Shown here: positions 16,731-30,092 of the stretch, piece after piece
How the letters are laid out: each line of letters starts with the position of its first letter
Numbering within the stretch: the first letter of the stretch is position 1
Source: the human T2T-CHM13v2.0 reference genome, Homo sapiens
Assembly: GCF_009914755.1 (NCBI RefSeq)
Contig: NC_060933.1
DNA: 64,000 bases
Reading direction: 5' to 3' (one strand)
The notes under the pieces: model-generated
The model's input: only the letters and a program-made list of their open reading frames with translations
The model's database searches: none
Told to the model about the DNA's origin: nothing
Translations under genes and position numbers: made by a program

Positions 16731-19589
16731 AAAACCATTCCCTGGCTGTCTGAGCCCCATCCCTGCTCTTGTCTCTTGAAGAATGGTGGAGGGGATGGCA
16801 GGCGGCCACATGGGGAAGTCTAGGCTTGTGAGATATCACTTCGTGCATCCCTGAAGAACTGCCACCAAACCCAGGGGACTGGCGTGGCACCTGGGCCTCA
16901 GGGAAAGGGCCAGTACCAGTGGGGGAGGCCACCAGGAAGTAGATTTCAGCTCCCTCAGAGACAGAACTTTCTAACAAGAGAATGAGCCAAGGAAGGATGG
17001 ACCCTTCCCCAGGTGGGACTGAGCTCCCCGCCATGACAGGTGTGCAAGCAGAGGTGGGTTGCACAGGCTGTAGAAGGGATTCAGGCATCAGATGGAGGGG
17101 CAGACGAGACTGCTGCATCTCCAAGGAACGTCTCAAATTCTCAAACCTGAGAAGTTGCAAGAGAGGCCTCAGCCAAACTTGCCCATGGGGAGCTGCCTAG
17201 GTGGTACCTGTTCTCACCCCTGCAGAAATAGGACAGCTTCAGGCCGCTCCATAAGCTGGACGAGCAGTGCGATCAAATTGTCCACCTTTGCACTTCAAGG
17301 TGGAGTTTAAAGGACTCTTTTCTGAGACCCTGGGAAATCACTGCACTTTTTATTAGCAGCTTTCTTTCCAGTTCTGGATTCCAAAGTGGGTGATTTGTCC
17401 TCAACTTATGTTCTGCTCTAACATCCTAAGCCCCTAGCATTTGCAAACCCCCCTTCTTGGCTTCCACTGGCTCCCTTCTTCTAGGGCTTCAGATTTGGGG
17501 TGTGGAATGAGGTGAGGAACTGAAGGGCTGGGACTCGCCTTGGCACAGACAGCAAAAGGCATAGGTGCAAACTGCTCCCAGAGCCCACCTCTCCTCCTTC
17601 CCTTCCCTCCACTCCCCCTCTCCCACCCCCATCCCTCACTCCAAGCCCTCAGGGAGGAAGGGGGCCACAGGCGACACACCAGGATTGACTCTGGAGTGAA
17701 TTTCATCCTCAACAATCTTACAAAGCAGATCCCATTCTTGTTTCCATTTCACAAATGAGGGACTTGAAAGATTAAGTCACTTGCCCAAAGCCTTACAAGT
17801 AGTAAGTCAGAGGGTCAAGACTGATACTCATGTCTCTCTGACTTCCAAACATCCAGGAGGGGAGAGTAGAGGAAGAAGAGAGGAAGAGCTTGGGTGGTGG
17901 CACTGGCCTGGCCCCTAGGTGGTTCCTGCAGGGAGAGGACCCAGTGAGTGGCTTTCCTCCTTGAGCATCCCTCTCTAGACTGGCAGGCCCTGGGGAGTTG
18001 AGACTGTGTTGGGGCCTCTCTGTGTATCCATGCTGGATATAAAGCCTGGCAAAAAGCAAGCGATTAGGACACACGGGAAAGAGAAGCATGGCAGAACTGG
18101 ACATATCCAGGAAGCAAGGGCATCACAATCAGAGAATGGTAATAAAAGAAGGAGACAAGAACACTGAGGATGCACTCCACCTTCACCTCCTGGCCCCAAG
18201 GTCTGCAAAGGGAGCCCTCTGTCCAGCAGGCAGAGTGAGTGCTGACACTCTCAGGCCCACTCCTCATGTCTGAGAGAGGCTGAGCTCAGACCATCAGAAC
18301 CAGGCTGCCACACACCAACTCACCAGCCCTCATTGGACAGCTGGGGAAACTGAAGTCCCAAGAAGAATAGAAACTTGCCCCAAATCACACAACTTTCTAG
18401 GCACGGAGCTGGGACTCAAACCCAGTTTCTTGCCTCTAGACCAATATTGCCCAAAGCCATTTATTTAACGGCAGCAACAGAACACTAAGCCCCCAAGAGA
18501 GCCACCAGTTGCAGACCTTTCAGGACCCTTTCCAAAATCCAAGACAGGCGCTGCTCCCACGCAGTACCCAGCCCCATTCCTGACCCCGAGGGTGGCACCA
18601 TCTTTGGTGATCCTGGCTCCTAGCTCCTGGGTTCCAGGACCCAGCACAAGGCTTGGCACAGAGCAGTTGCCTGGTAGCGCTAAACAGACCTGGAAATCTC
18701 CCCGATATCAACCACCCTTGGGCTCAGAGTTTAGGGCAGCAGCTTCCAAGGATGCTTATGCATCTGCGTCTTCCCAGGAGCTTTGTAGAAATACAGATTC
18801 CTGGGCCCCAACAGAGCGATTCAGACACTGGTACAGGAGGGAGGCCAGCAATCTGTGTTTGCACAAAATGCTGTGAGATCTTGGTTGCACGACCAGATTT
18901 GAGAGACACCCTTTTAGTGTGCTCCAGTCTGAGTGGCCCTTTAGCTTAAACTCCTTTGTTCCTAAGGGCCCTCTGATGGAGATACTACGGTGCACTGCCA
19001 GAACAGAGGCACTCATTCCGGATTTGCCCTTGAATAAAGGAGGCAGCCTCATTCAAGGTCACACACCTTCCCCAGGACCGCCTGCACCCAGTGACTGGCC
19101 CAGCCTTCTGGTCTCTATTTGGGACTTCTCTGAAGGGCCATCCTAGCTCCATAGCTCCCCATGGGCAAGCTTGGCTGAGGTTCCTGTTGCAACCTCATTG
19201 TGTGTCAGCTTCTTCCTTCACCCAGTCCCACCTTTCCCACCCCTTCCTGTGGGCACTGGCTAACAAATCTCCTGTATGCTGAGCCCCAAGAGAGTCCCTC
19301 TCCTGGCGAAACTGACCTTGAACAGGCTCGCCCTCCACCCACATATGTGTCAGCTTGGACCAAACCACTACATTGCCACCAAGTTATCAGATGACAATAT
19401 TGCCTGCTGAGAGCCCGAAACGCAGCTGCTTGCTGTAGAACCCTCATAGTGACTCAAAGACTTTAAGCTTTTCAAAATAATGTCTAAACTTCATTGTAAG
19501 TGAGGAAAGGAGTAAAGTGATAAAACTATCCCTGTGCCCAGTACACTAATCCAACTAGTATAATATCTCATCATGTTGGTTATTCCCAT

Positions 19590-20235
19590 TTGCTTTCATC
19601 CACATGCGCCAGCCTGCCCTGCCCTGCCCTGCTTTTTTCATGGAATTAGAACTTTCAGATAGGGCAGCACGTGAGTGGCCTGGTCCTCTAACTTCCAGCT
19701 GGGCTTGGCCAATGGGAGCCCGGCAGGAGTCAGAAGACCAATGAGAACCCAGTGGGAGTCAGAGGGCCAATGGGAGCCCAGCGGGAGTCAGAAGACCAGT
19801 GAGAGTCCAGAGGGAGTCAGAGGACCAGTGAGAGCCTAGCAGGAGTCAGAGGACCAGTGAGAGCCTAGCAGGAGTCAGAGGGCCAATGGGAGCCCAGTAG
19901 GAGTTAGGGAGCCTATGGGAGCTCAGTGAAAGAGAGCCAATGGGAGGCCCCAGGAGGAGTCAGAAAGAAGGCGAGAAAGAGTTCCGGGTATTTTTTCCCT
20001 TGGCTGCTTCCTGGCTTGGTTAGAGCCCGTGTGAAGCGGCTGCTCCTCCCAATTCCAGTAGCTCTGCCCCTCCCCTTGTCCTCCAGAGCAGTTGATGCTC
20101 GTGACTCCAGCCATTGCTAGCCCCTGGAGCTGCAGTAGCCCTGGTTGGTTCCATTGCCTCTGCCTAAAGTACTTCATCTAAATCGGACTTCAGCTCTGAA
20201 GATGCCGTCTGTTTCTTGCCAGGACGCTAATACTG
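19590..20235 (+). mobile_element. LTR16-like ERVL solo LTR containing a minisatellite
   Basis: ttggccaatgggag, gggtattttttcc, tgctagcccctg…gccctggttggtt and tgccgtctgtttcttgccaggac match the LTR16 layout as I recall it. Confidence 0.65.
19707..19966 (+). repeat. 29-bp minisatellite, ~8-9 copies, consensus ~CCAATGGGAGCCCAGCAGGAGTCAGAGGR
   Basis: Unit starts at 19709, 19738, 19767, 19796, 19825, 19854, 19883, 19912 and 19937. Confidence 0.95.
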
Positions 20236-21616
20236 TAGATATAAGTTTTTCAGGTAGAAATTATCAAAGTATAATTTTTTATATCCATATGTTTTCACCT
20301 AAGATTATAAGATACACTTTGTAATTCATTTCACCACTGACCATGCATGCGCGAATCCCCTTAAGTTCCGGACTTCAGCCCTCCTATGTCTAAGTCCTGC
20401 TTACCCTTTAAGCCCTATGGTAAATAGCCCTTCCTCCATGAAGTCCTTCTGGATTCTCCAATGAGATGCACTCACCCCTTGTGAACACTGGCATCCCCTG
20501 CTTCTTCCTCCCAGGCCCTGCTTTCTCGGCCCTGCTCTGGAGTAACTGGGACGATCTTCAGTGATCAACAGCCCAGAGAATCCACTACAGCAGCACAGAG
20601 CATGAGGTCCCCTCAGCCCCACAGCCAGCCCAGGTGTCTGGGGGAGGATGCTGGGTTGCTCATGTATGGAGAGGATCTAAACTCTGGACAGCTCCCTCAA
20701 GGTCAGGAAAGACAGTCTGCGCTTCCCCTCCCACGAAGCCCATGGAGCCAGCCCCATCCTGTAGAGGTGCTGAGTGTGTGCCCTGGGAGGGAGCGGTGGT
20801 CTAGGTGAGCCGACTGTGTCTTGGGGTGGACACTGCACCAAAGTGCTGAGCAGGCTGCCAGCCTGGGAGCAGGGTCTGAAACTGTGCTAAACTAAGCAGA
20901 TTTTATAATGTATCTTCTTACGAGCAGTACTCAGAGACTCCAGGGAACAGGTATTTACTCTGTAGAGTCTGAATGGAATTTTCCAAAGGGGACCAAAATC
21001 TAGAGGCACCAAGATTACTGTTATTGCTGCGGCTTGTTAATCTGTCCATCTGCCCCTGGGCTGTGAGCAACTGAAGGGCCTGAAGGCTCTGTCTGAGCCC
21101 CTGTCAGATTTTGGCATAATGGCCTGGCTCAGTCAGCACTGGCTGAATGAGGGAATGAATGAGACCACAGGACACACTATGCATCTGCCTGAGGTGGGTG
21201 TCACTTAACACCTGGTGCCCAGCGTTTCAAGGGGGAGGCTTGAGGAGCATCTGTGCTTTCTCTGTGCTCCAGTGATCAGAGAAGAGCAAGGGTTCTTAGG
21301 CAGAACTGCCAGAATGCTCCAGAAGGGAAGAGAAAAATTAGAGAAGTCTGCACATCCGTGATAGACGGGAAAGGCCGGAGCAACAGTGGGGACTCATTTA
21401 CTGAGTGCCTGTCATATGTGGAGCCCTCAAACGTATATCACTCCTTGTGGGCATGGGTGTAAACCCAAAAGGTACAATTATGACCAGTTTATGGGTAAAT
21501 AAAATGAGATTCAGAGCTGTTGAGTCAACTGCCCAAGGTCACACAGCTAGGATGTAGGGAGCCTGGGATTCAACTTCAAAGTCTATCTCTTTCTACAATA
21601 GCCTATGCTGGAAACT

Positions 21617-21830
21617 AGGAGCCGGCAACTTTTTTTTTTTTTTTTTTGGTAAAGGGTCAGATAGTAAATACTTTAGGCCTTGCAGGACTTACATGTTTTT
21701 TCCCAACAACGTTGCAAATGCAGCCATACACAATGTGCAAATGAATGGGTGTGGCTATGTTCCAATAAAACTTTATTTATGAAAACAAGGGGCTGCATTT
21801 GGTCCATAGGCCACAGTTTGCAAACCCCTG
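21617..21830. mobile_element. MER58A-like hAT element with expanded poly-T
   Basis: ggcaac(t)n…gtaaagggtcagatagtaaatactttagg…gttccaataaaactttattt…agtttgcaaacccctg. Confidence 0.8.
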
Positions 21831-24800
21831 TTCTAGACTCAGGATAAAGAGCCTATGGTTCTATTTTTCCCTCTAGGAAGGCTGTGGGAGAGAGGCAAAA
21901 GCATGAACTCGAGTCAGGTGACTCTAGACTAGCATGCTAGCTATGTCCCCGCTGCTGGGCTACCTTGGGTGAGTAAGGAAACTCTCTGAGCTTTTTTTCT
22001 TGTCTGTTAAAAGGGCATAACCACAACTTGTCTTTGAGTTCTTGAAAAGGTAAGCTAATATACGCTAAGTGTCTACCATGGCTAAGGTTCAATAAATGGC
22101 AGTGTTCATTATCAGAAATGACAAAGTCAAGAAGGGGAGGTGTGGAAAACATGCCATGGGATTGGGGGAAGGAGAGGAAGTGATGGTGATGCCACTGATA
22201 CTAAATCCTGAAAGGTATATCTTCTCATGAAGGCTGGCTATGGGCTTTCTGCAGGAGAATGCTACTCTATACCTCACGAAACCCCAAGGGGGATTCATAG
22301 GTGCCTGTGATGGGAGAAATCTTTTCACCACCCCCGGAAGGAGCAGATGTGTGGAGCTTGGTGACTCCCCACGGAGGGTAGGGAGGCAGCTGTTCACAGA
22401 CTTGATATGGCAAATTGTGTGATGTGCTGTCTTCCTGGGGCAGGCAGCCAAGCAGTGATGGAGGAGCCTCTGCAACCCCCTCCCCACAACGCCTGCTGCC
22501 CACGTCTGCTGACTCACCCAGGAGGGTCTGGGTATGCCAGAAGAAATCCAAAATGGCTCTCTAGTGAAGCACAAGGCTTTCAAAGGGGATGGAAACTTGG
22601 AGGCAGGGGAATGGTTTCTTCTGTTTCCACTTAAAGGGCATAACTTTGGCAGAGAAGGGAGGATGTGGGGAAACTCCATCAATATTGCTGAAGGCCAGGA
22701 TGTGGCTCAGGACGCCAGATGATGAGTCCCTGGCAAGGGACAGAACTCACTGCCCCAAGACTGGCAACACCATGTTTGGCAGGAGAATTCTCCATCTGAT
22801 CGAGAGGATGCTAAACTGGAACTTGAGAAGGAGAGGAAAAGTGCCCAGGAAAAACTATAAAACCAGATATGAAGAAAGCCAATATAAATGAGGAATTTTA
22901 AAAGGGGGGCCATGGAACAGGAAATGCTCAGGGAATCTCATATGTCTATATACCAAAGTACAAAGTATAGGAAACAATGTTAACTATGAAACTTTTGAGA
23001 AAGATGGTAAAGCTAAGCACAGATGTCCAACTCCCACCTAAGCTACCTCCTTCTGAAAGTGACAGAAAGGACCAAGGGAATATAAAAATAGGGGGGAATC
23101 TGCTTCAGCCTTGGAAAATAGGAAAGAGTGCCATCAATATGCCACCAACTTTGAGGAATTTCTGCTAGGTACAGTGCCAACAGAACCAGATTGAAGACTG
23201 ACTCATGGCTCTCCTTCCTGAGAAAGTAGTGCGGTGCTGCAGGGAGGGTGGATGTGCTGACGAGACTGACCTCACAGCCTCTGATGGGTGAGTAAGTACT
23301 GGAGGGGAGGCTGGGCCACAGAAGGGTGCAGGGCCTACCTCTCACTAAGGAGTCCACCTATCACCCTGCAACCCAACAGCCTTCAGGAGTGGCTGGGTCA
23401 TTAGATCTACGAACAAGCAAAGCCTATTGAAGTCCAGTTTCCCCAGGACAGGCCTAGGCACCTTGCAGACACAGCAGGCAAGTAAACAAAGTCAGAGGCC
23501 AGGGGGATCTCTGCACATCTGGAGCAGCTGTTTGACAAACTCATGAAGAAACCATTTAAACAAGAAAGGCCCACACCACCAAATGGTTTCCTAATCCCTT
23601 GGCTGCTTGTCCCTAGGCTGGTCATATAAAATGTTATCATCCAGTCTTCCAGATGAATATCCAAGGTGAAGAATCTAACAGCATCTAGATAAAACAATGA
23701 GGGGACTCAAGAAGAACTCACCCATGCTGTAAGCGAATACCAGGTCATGGAAGGCATAAAATGCATATGGAACCTATGAAAACTTTCTGAAACATAAAGG
23801 AAACAAACAAGGAATGCAAGCAAAGAAAGAATATCATCTCTAAAAAGAATTGCTGTAGGAAATAAAGGTAAATTGTAATACCCATTTTGTATTTCATGGA
23901 GGTTAAATAAAATCTGGATTCTAAATCTAAAAAATAAAATATATGAGAAAAGAAACTGAGATAAAAGAAACCAGGCATAGTTAATATAATAATGACTGGA
24001 AATGAATAATGTTATGAGAATTTTAAGAAGCATTAGAAGCAACAAGGAGCAGAATTTAATTGTAAAAAAAAACTGATGAATATTGTGGAGGACAGTCTTG
24101 AGATGTTCTCTCACAATGTGAAGGAAAAGGACTAAGATTAAAATGACCAGAGAGAAAACAAAAATATGGAGAATAAACTACAAAGGCTCACTCATGAATT
24201 ATTGATATTTCTAAAAAAGATATCAGAACAAAAGAGTAATAATTAAAGATATAATAAAAGAAAACTAATGCAATCAGAAGAAAGACCAGATTCTTCGAAT
24301 AAAAATGTAATCATATTTTAGACAAAACAAAAATCAGCTATGTGCCATTTTTTCTTTATGAGTATCAAAAATAAAGAAAGAATCCTACAAGCAACTGGTA
24401 CAGGCGACTAAAAAACTTTATCTCCAAAGGAACCAAATCAGACTGCATCAGACTTTATTACAACATTGATGTAATGTCTAGAGAGCTTATGATCATAGAA
24501 ATTTATACTTAGATAACTTGTCATTCATAGGCAAAGCTACAGAGAGAAATTGTGATTTATGCAAGGGCATAGATATAAAACTCATATGACCTTCCTGAAA
24601 AACAAAAGATGTACTCATGCCACAGAGAGATAAATCAAAAGACATAACTCATGAAACTGACTCATGTCAGAAGAAATTAGTCATGTAAATATGGATTTGA
24701 ATCTTAAAATCATAGTTATTGTAGTATAGTTTCAAAATAAAGTGAACATCTCAAATAGCAACTGAAAAAAGCATATCCACAATGTAAAGAGTAAAATCAA

Positions 24801-26769
24801 ATTAAAACTCAGATTATAACAATACAGAATTAGAGGCAGTGAGGGATGGAGAGTAAACAAGTGTACTGATTTATGTAACTTACAATAGATATTGTTGCAT
24901 TTCTAGGTTGGCACTTAGGGAAGTAGAAGACCGATATTTTAAACTTAAAGTACAATTGTAGCATAGTTTTATTATAATGAGGATGAGATATTATTTAGCT
25001 GAAACTATAGGATTTCATCAAAGCTGTAATCAAAGACATTTATATGCTTAAATACGCTTAATAGCAACCAAAACAAGAGTAAAAAATAAATATGCAAATT
25101 AAGAAATTAGAAGAAGAATGGTGAAAGAAACCTACATATAAAGGGAAGGTATTATTCAGGAGAAAAGCAGAAGAAAATAAATTAAGAAGCAGATAAATCA
25201 AAGCACAGCCAGTAAGAATCCAAGAGCTGGTCCTTTGGTTAAAAAACAAGATAATGGGATGCTCTACTGAAGACTTAACTTGTGTTTTTCTGCTATCTTC
25301 TTTAGCAAGAGAAATGTCTGAAAAGATGAGTAATCTTTAAAGGAGAAGCAAGTAGACCTCCCCCACGGCCTCAAGCAATCAAGTAGCTGCTTTAAGAAGG
25401 AGGATAAACGTGTAGCTCTATTACGTAGCAAAATGGAATAACAGGACCATTTGGGAGTAGAGCTCTAAGAGGAACCCTCTCTGACCTGTGGGGATGTGGA
25501 TATCCGAAAAGAAAAAGCCAACAGAAGTTCTAGATCTACAGGAGGGGCTTGAGGATGCTAGGAAGTGCAACCGGGAACCTAGATTAGCAGCAGTAACCAG
25601 TCGGACCAGTGTCCACAGCACACTCAAGTGGCAGCAGGAAGCAAGGGCTGCAGAATGCTGGCTCTCCCAGCTTTCTATTAGAAAACCCACCAGAGTTGTT
25701 GGTCATTTTAGAGAGGGGTGGTACTTCAAGACAGAGACACTGACCCTAGTGTATCTGGCAGATGGAGTGCTTGATCCAGGTTTAATTTCATTTGAAAAAA
25801 TAATAAAAAATGTAACCATTTCTTTCCCACAGAATTTAAGATGTTAATAACAATTACATCAATAAAAGAAGCAAACTATCTAATCAAGGGGAAAAGTGGG
25901 AAAAACAAGAAAGGGCCTATAACAAAAAAAACAGAGGCTTTAAAAATTGTCCTGAAATATATGCTAATAAATTTGAAGATCCCAAAGAAATGGACTATTT
26001 TCGAGAAAATATGTTACTAAATCCATTTAAGGAGTATAAAGCCAAAATCAATAAGCATGGAAGAAGCTACAAAGATAACTTGTAAAAAGGGCAGACTGAA
26101 AAATGTAAAATCCTGGATGGTTTCATAGACACACCTTTTTATTTTCAAAGAGCAGTTAATTTGTATCTATAAACTGTATAGGGCACCTAAAAACATGGAA
26201 AGCTTTCCAACTCTTGTCGTAAAACTAGAATATTCCTGACAACTAAACCTGACAAAGACAGCACAATCACGGCAAAATATAAATTATCATACGTACTTAC
26301 AGAAAAAAATAGATGAATTGGTTAAAAGAAAAACAAACAGCACAACAAACAGTGGAATGCCAATATGGTTTAATGTAAATATGAATGCCAGACCCATTTA
26401 TCCAATAGCCTATTCAACCTCTCCATCTGGATATTCAACAGGCGTATCTAAACTGTTGACCCCCTTCATGGAAACTTGCTCCTCTGCACTCTCCCTCAAG
26501 TTGAGAAGTGATAACTCATTCTGTCCAGTTGCTCAGATCAAAAACTTTGGCGCCATCTTTGATGCCTCACTGTTTATCGCTCACACACTCATTCATTCCA
26601 TCAGGAAATCTTGTCAGCTCTACTGTCAAAAATATCTAGAATCTGGTTGATTTTCACTATCTAGTTCAAGTCACCACCACCCTCTACTCGGTGGTGCCAA
26701 AAGCACCACTTTTAAAAACCTAAGTCAGATAAAATCCCTCTTATTAAAAAAAAAACTCTCCAGTAGTCC

Positions 26770-28095
26770 AGAAAGAAATCCATACTACAATGGTCAGTCG
26801 ATTTCAACAAGGGTGCCAAGACCATTTAATGAAGAAATAATAATCTTTTCAACAAATGGTCCTGGAACAATTGAATAGCTTCATATGAAAGAATGAAGTT
26901 GGAACCTTACCTCACACCAAATATAAAAGTTAACTCAAAAGAGATCAAAGATCAGGGATTGTATCTGACTATAAAATTCTTAGAAGGAAGCATGGGCTGA
27001 AGTGTTCATGACCTTGAATTAGACAATGGTCTCTTAAATATGACATCAAAAGTAAAAGCAGCAAAAGAAAAAAAGATAGATTTGACCTCACTAAAATTAA
27101 AAACTTTTGTGCAAAAAAACACCATTAAGAAAGTAAAAAGAACCCTTAGAATGGGAGAAAATATTTGCAAGTCACCTATCTGATATGATCTAATCCAGAA
27201 TATATAAAGAATGCTTACAACTCAATAACAAAAAGACAAACAACCCAATTAAAAATTGGACAAAGGATTTGAATAGGCATATCTCCAAAGAGGATATACA
27301 AATAGCTAATAAGCACATGAACACATGTTCAACATCATTATTCATTAGAGAAATGCACATCAAAACCACAATGAGACACCATGTCACACCCACTAAGATG
27401 GTTATAATCTCTTCTAAAATGGAAAATAACAAGTGTTTGCAAGGATGTGGAGAAACTGGAACCCTCATACCTTGCTGGTGGGAATGTAAATGGTATATCC
27501 ATTGATGCAAACCAGAAAATGGCTTGGCAGTTTCTCAAAATGTTAAACGTAGAGTTACCAAATGACCCAGCAATTCAACTTCTAGGTGTAAATCCAAGAG
27601 AAATGAAAACATACATCCCCACAAAAACTTGTACACAATGTTCATGGCACCATTATTCATAATAGTCAAAAGTAGAAACAACTGAAATGTCCATCAACTG
27701 ATGAATGATAAAATGTGTTACATCCACAAATTGGAATATTATTTGTCCATAAAAAAGAAAGGAAGTACTGATATATGCTACAACGTGGATGAACCTTGAA
27801 AACATTATGCTAAGTGAAATAAGTTAACACAAATGCCACATATTTTGTAATTCCATTTATATGAAATGTCATTATAGGCAAATCTATAGAGACAGAAAGT
27901 AGATTAACAGCTGGGGGCCGGAGAAAATGAGTGGCTGCTAATGGATGTGGAATTTCTTTTTGGAGTGATGAAATATTCTCAAATTACATAGTGGTAATTG
28001 TTGCACATTATTGTGTATATACTGAAAACCATTTAATTGTATGCTTTAAAATGGTGGACTTTATGGTATGTGAATTTTTTCCCAATAAAAACAAA
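26770..28095 (+). mobile_element. L1MB-type 3' ORF2 plus 3'UTR fragment
   Basis: ORF track 27269-27505 [38 protein letters not shown] is L1 ORF2 C-terminal homology; ends cccaataaaaac. Confidence 0.88.
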
Positions 28096-29869
28096 ACCCA
28101 AAACATTCTCCAATAGTTTCCCAACTGACTCAAAGTATAAGCCAAAGTCTTCACAAATATCCTAAAAGAACCACAGATCTCTTGCCCCACCTCCACTCCA
28201 CACCAACCACTCTACTTCTCCCACACCCACCCTGTTCCAGTCATCATAGCCTTCCTGACATTGCTCCAGCACTTCCAGAGTCCCTCCCACCTCAGGACCT
28301 TTGTGCATCTGTTCTCTCTGCCTGGAACCCTCTTCTCTCAGGTCTCCTTATAACCTGCCCCTCACTGCTTTCAGGTGGCTGCCCAAACATCACCTCTTTG
28401 AGGCTCTGCTTGACTTCACCACTCTCTGCATGGGATTTCCTACTCCCTTAACTCTACTTTGTCTCCCTAGCACTTGTTATCATCTGACATATTTTAAATT
28501 TATTTGCTCATTATTTTTTTAAATCATTTGTTTCCCCCACTAGAATGTAAGCTCCTTGAGGGCAGGGACTTTGTTTCACTCACTGATGTGTCTACAGCAC
28601 CTAGAATGGTGACCAACACAAGCTAGGCACTCAATACATATGTCTTAAATGAATGAATGTATTACCAAATGGGTACAAGGAAACTGATGACTATAATTTG
28701 TCACACTAATAGATCAAAGTAAAAATCCATAGCTATCAATACAAATTCTAAAAAGGCATCTGACATTTTAGCATGCATAGCTAAATAGGTACAAACACTG
28801 AGTAAATAAAAATAGAACATCCCTTGAGATGAGGAGGAATATCTGCTCTTCTAACAGACATCAAACCTTACTAAGAGCATTCTCATTAAAGTCAAGGACA
28901 AGACAAGAATACCCACTGTTATCACTATTTTAAAATATAACTCTAGAACATCCAGTGAATGAAGCAATATTAACGACAATAACATATATTATTCATATGT
29001 TAATAATATATAATAATAATATATATATATTATATATATATGTATATATAAAATAGTGGGTATTCACTCCTTTGGACACTGTTCTAAGCCCTAAATGCTT
29101 TACATGTGTTAGCTGTTTTAATACTCATGACACCTAAGGTTATATTAGCATTTCCCCATTATCAGGGACACAGAAAAATTAAACAACTTGCCCAAAGTCA
29201 CCCAGCTGGCAAGTAGCTGAGTTGGAATTAGAACTCAGACGGTCATTCTGCTATGACTGTCATTTACCACTATGCAGTACCGCCTCAATGAAAAATGATG
29301 AAAATAAAGATGCCATAATGCTGGAAAATAGAAAGCAAGTTTATTCTTGCTCCAGATGTTATTATATCTACCTAGAAAATCCAAGAGAATTAAGAGAGGA
29401 AAAACTAGCAGAAATAATAGGAGTTCAATGTAGCCAGTCATAAGATGTGGATATATACATCAATAGTTTTCTCATATCCCACCAATAACCACTTAAAAAC
29501 ATCAAGCAAACTAGATCCCATTCCCCAAAGCAATAATAAATGTAAAATACCTGATAATAAACCTAACCGTTCATGGAAAGGACCTGTATGAAGAAAATGA
29601 CAAAACTTTGCTGAGGATCCAACAAGAAATGTTCCATATGCATGAGTGGGAAGACATGGTATTATAAAGATGTCAACTCTTCTACAAATTAATTAAAGTA
29701 ACTAAAATTCAAACAAAAATGCCAAGAATTAAACTGGTGAAAATGAAGGCAACTGTTAAGAAAGAAAGGAGAGCTGCACATTAAACTATATTATAAAGGA
29801 GCCCTGAGGTACCCATTCCAGCATAGACAGATTAATGGAACAAAATGTAAAAACTCAGCAACAGTCAAA

Positions 29870-30092
29870 AGCTGCACCGTCCAAGACAGTAGCCATCAGC
29901 CACATGTGATTATCAAGCGCTTGAAATCCTAATGACACATGTTGAAATGATAGCATTTTGGATATGTTGTATTAAATAAAATATATTATTAAAATTAATG
30001 TTACCTGTTTCTTTTTACTTTATAAAATGTGGCTACTAGAAAATTTAAAATTATATATGTTGGTTTGCATTATATTTCGATCATACAGAACT
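29870..30092. mobile_element. MER3/MER33-like hAT element
   Basis: gtccaagacagtagccatcagccacatgtg…atgtggctactagaaaatttaaaattatatatgt. Confidence 0.7.

Noticed and set aside
19707-19966. Regularly spaced ~29-bp repeats resembling a CRISPR array
   Set aside because: The units are contiguous with no unique spacers, there are no cas genes, and the context is a primate intron; it is a minisatellite.
22089-22682. 197-aa ORF on the GABBR2 strand
   Set aside because: No recognisable homology; Pro/Ser/Leu-rich composition typical of chance ORFs.
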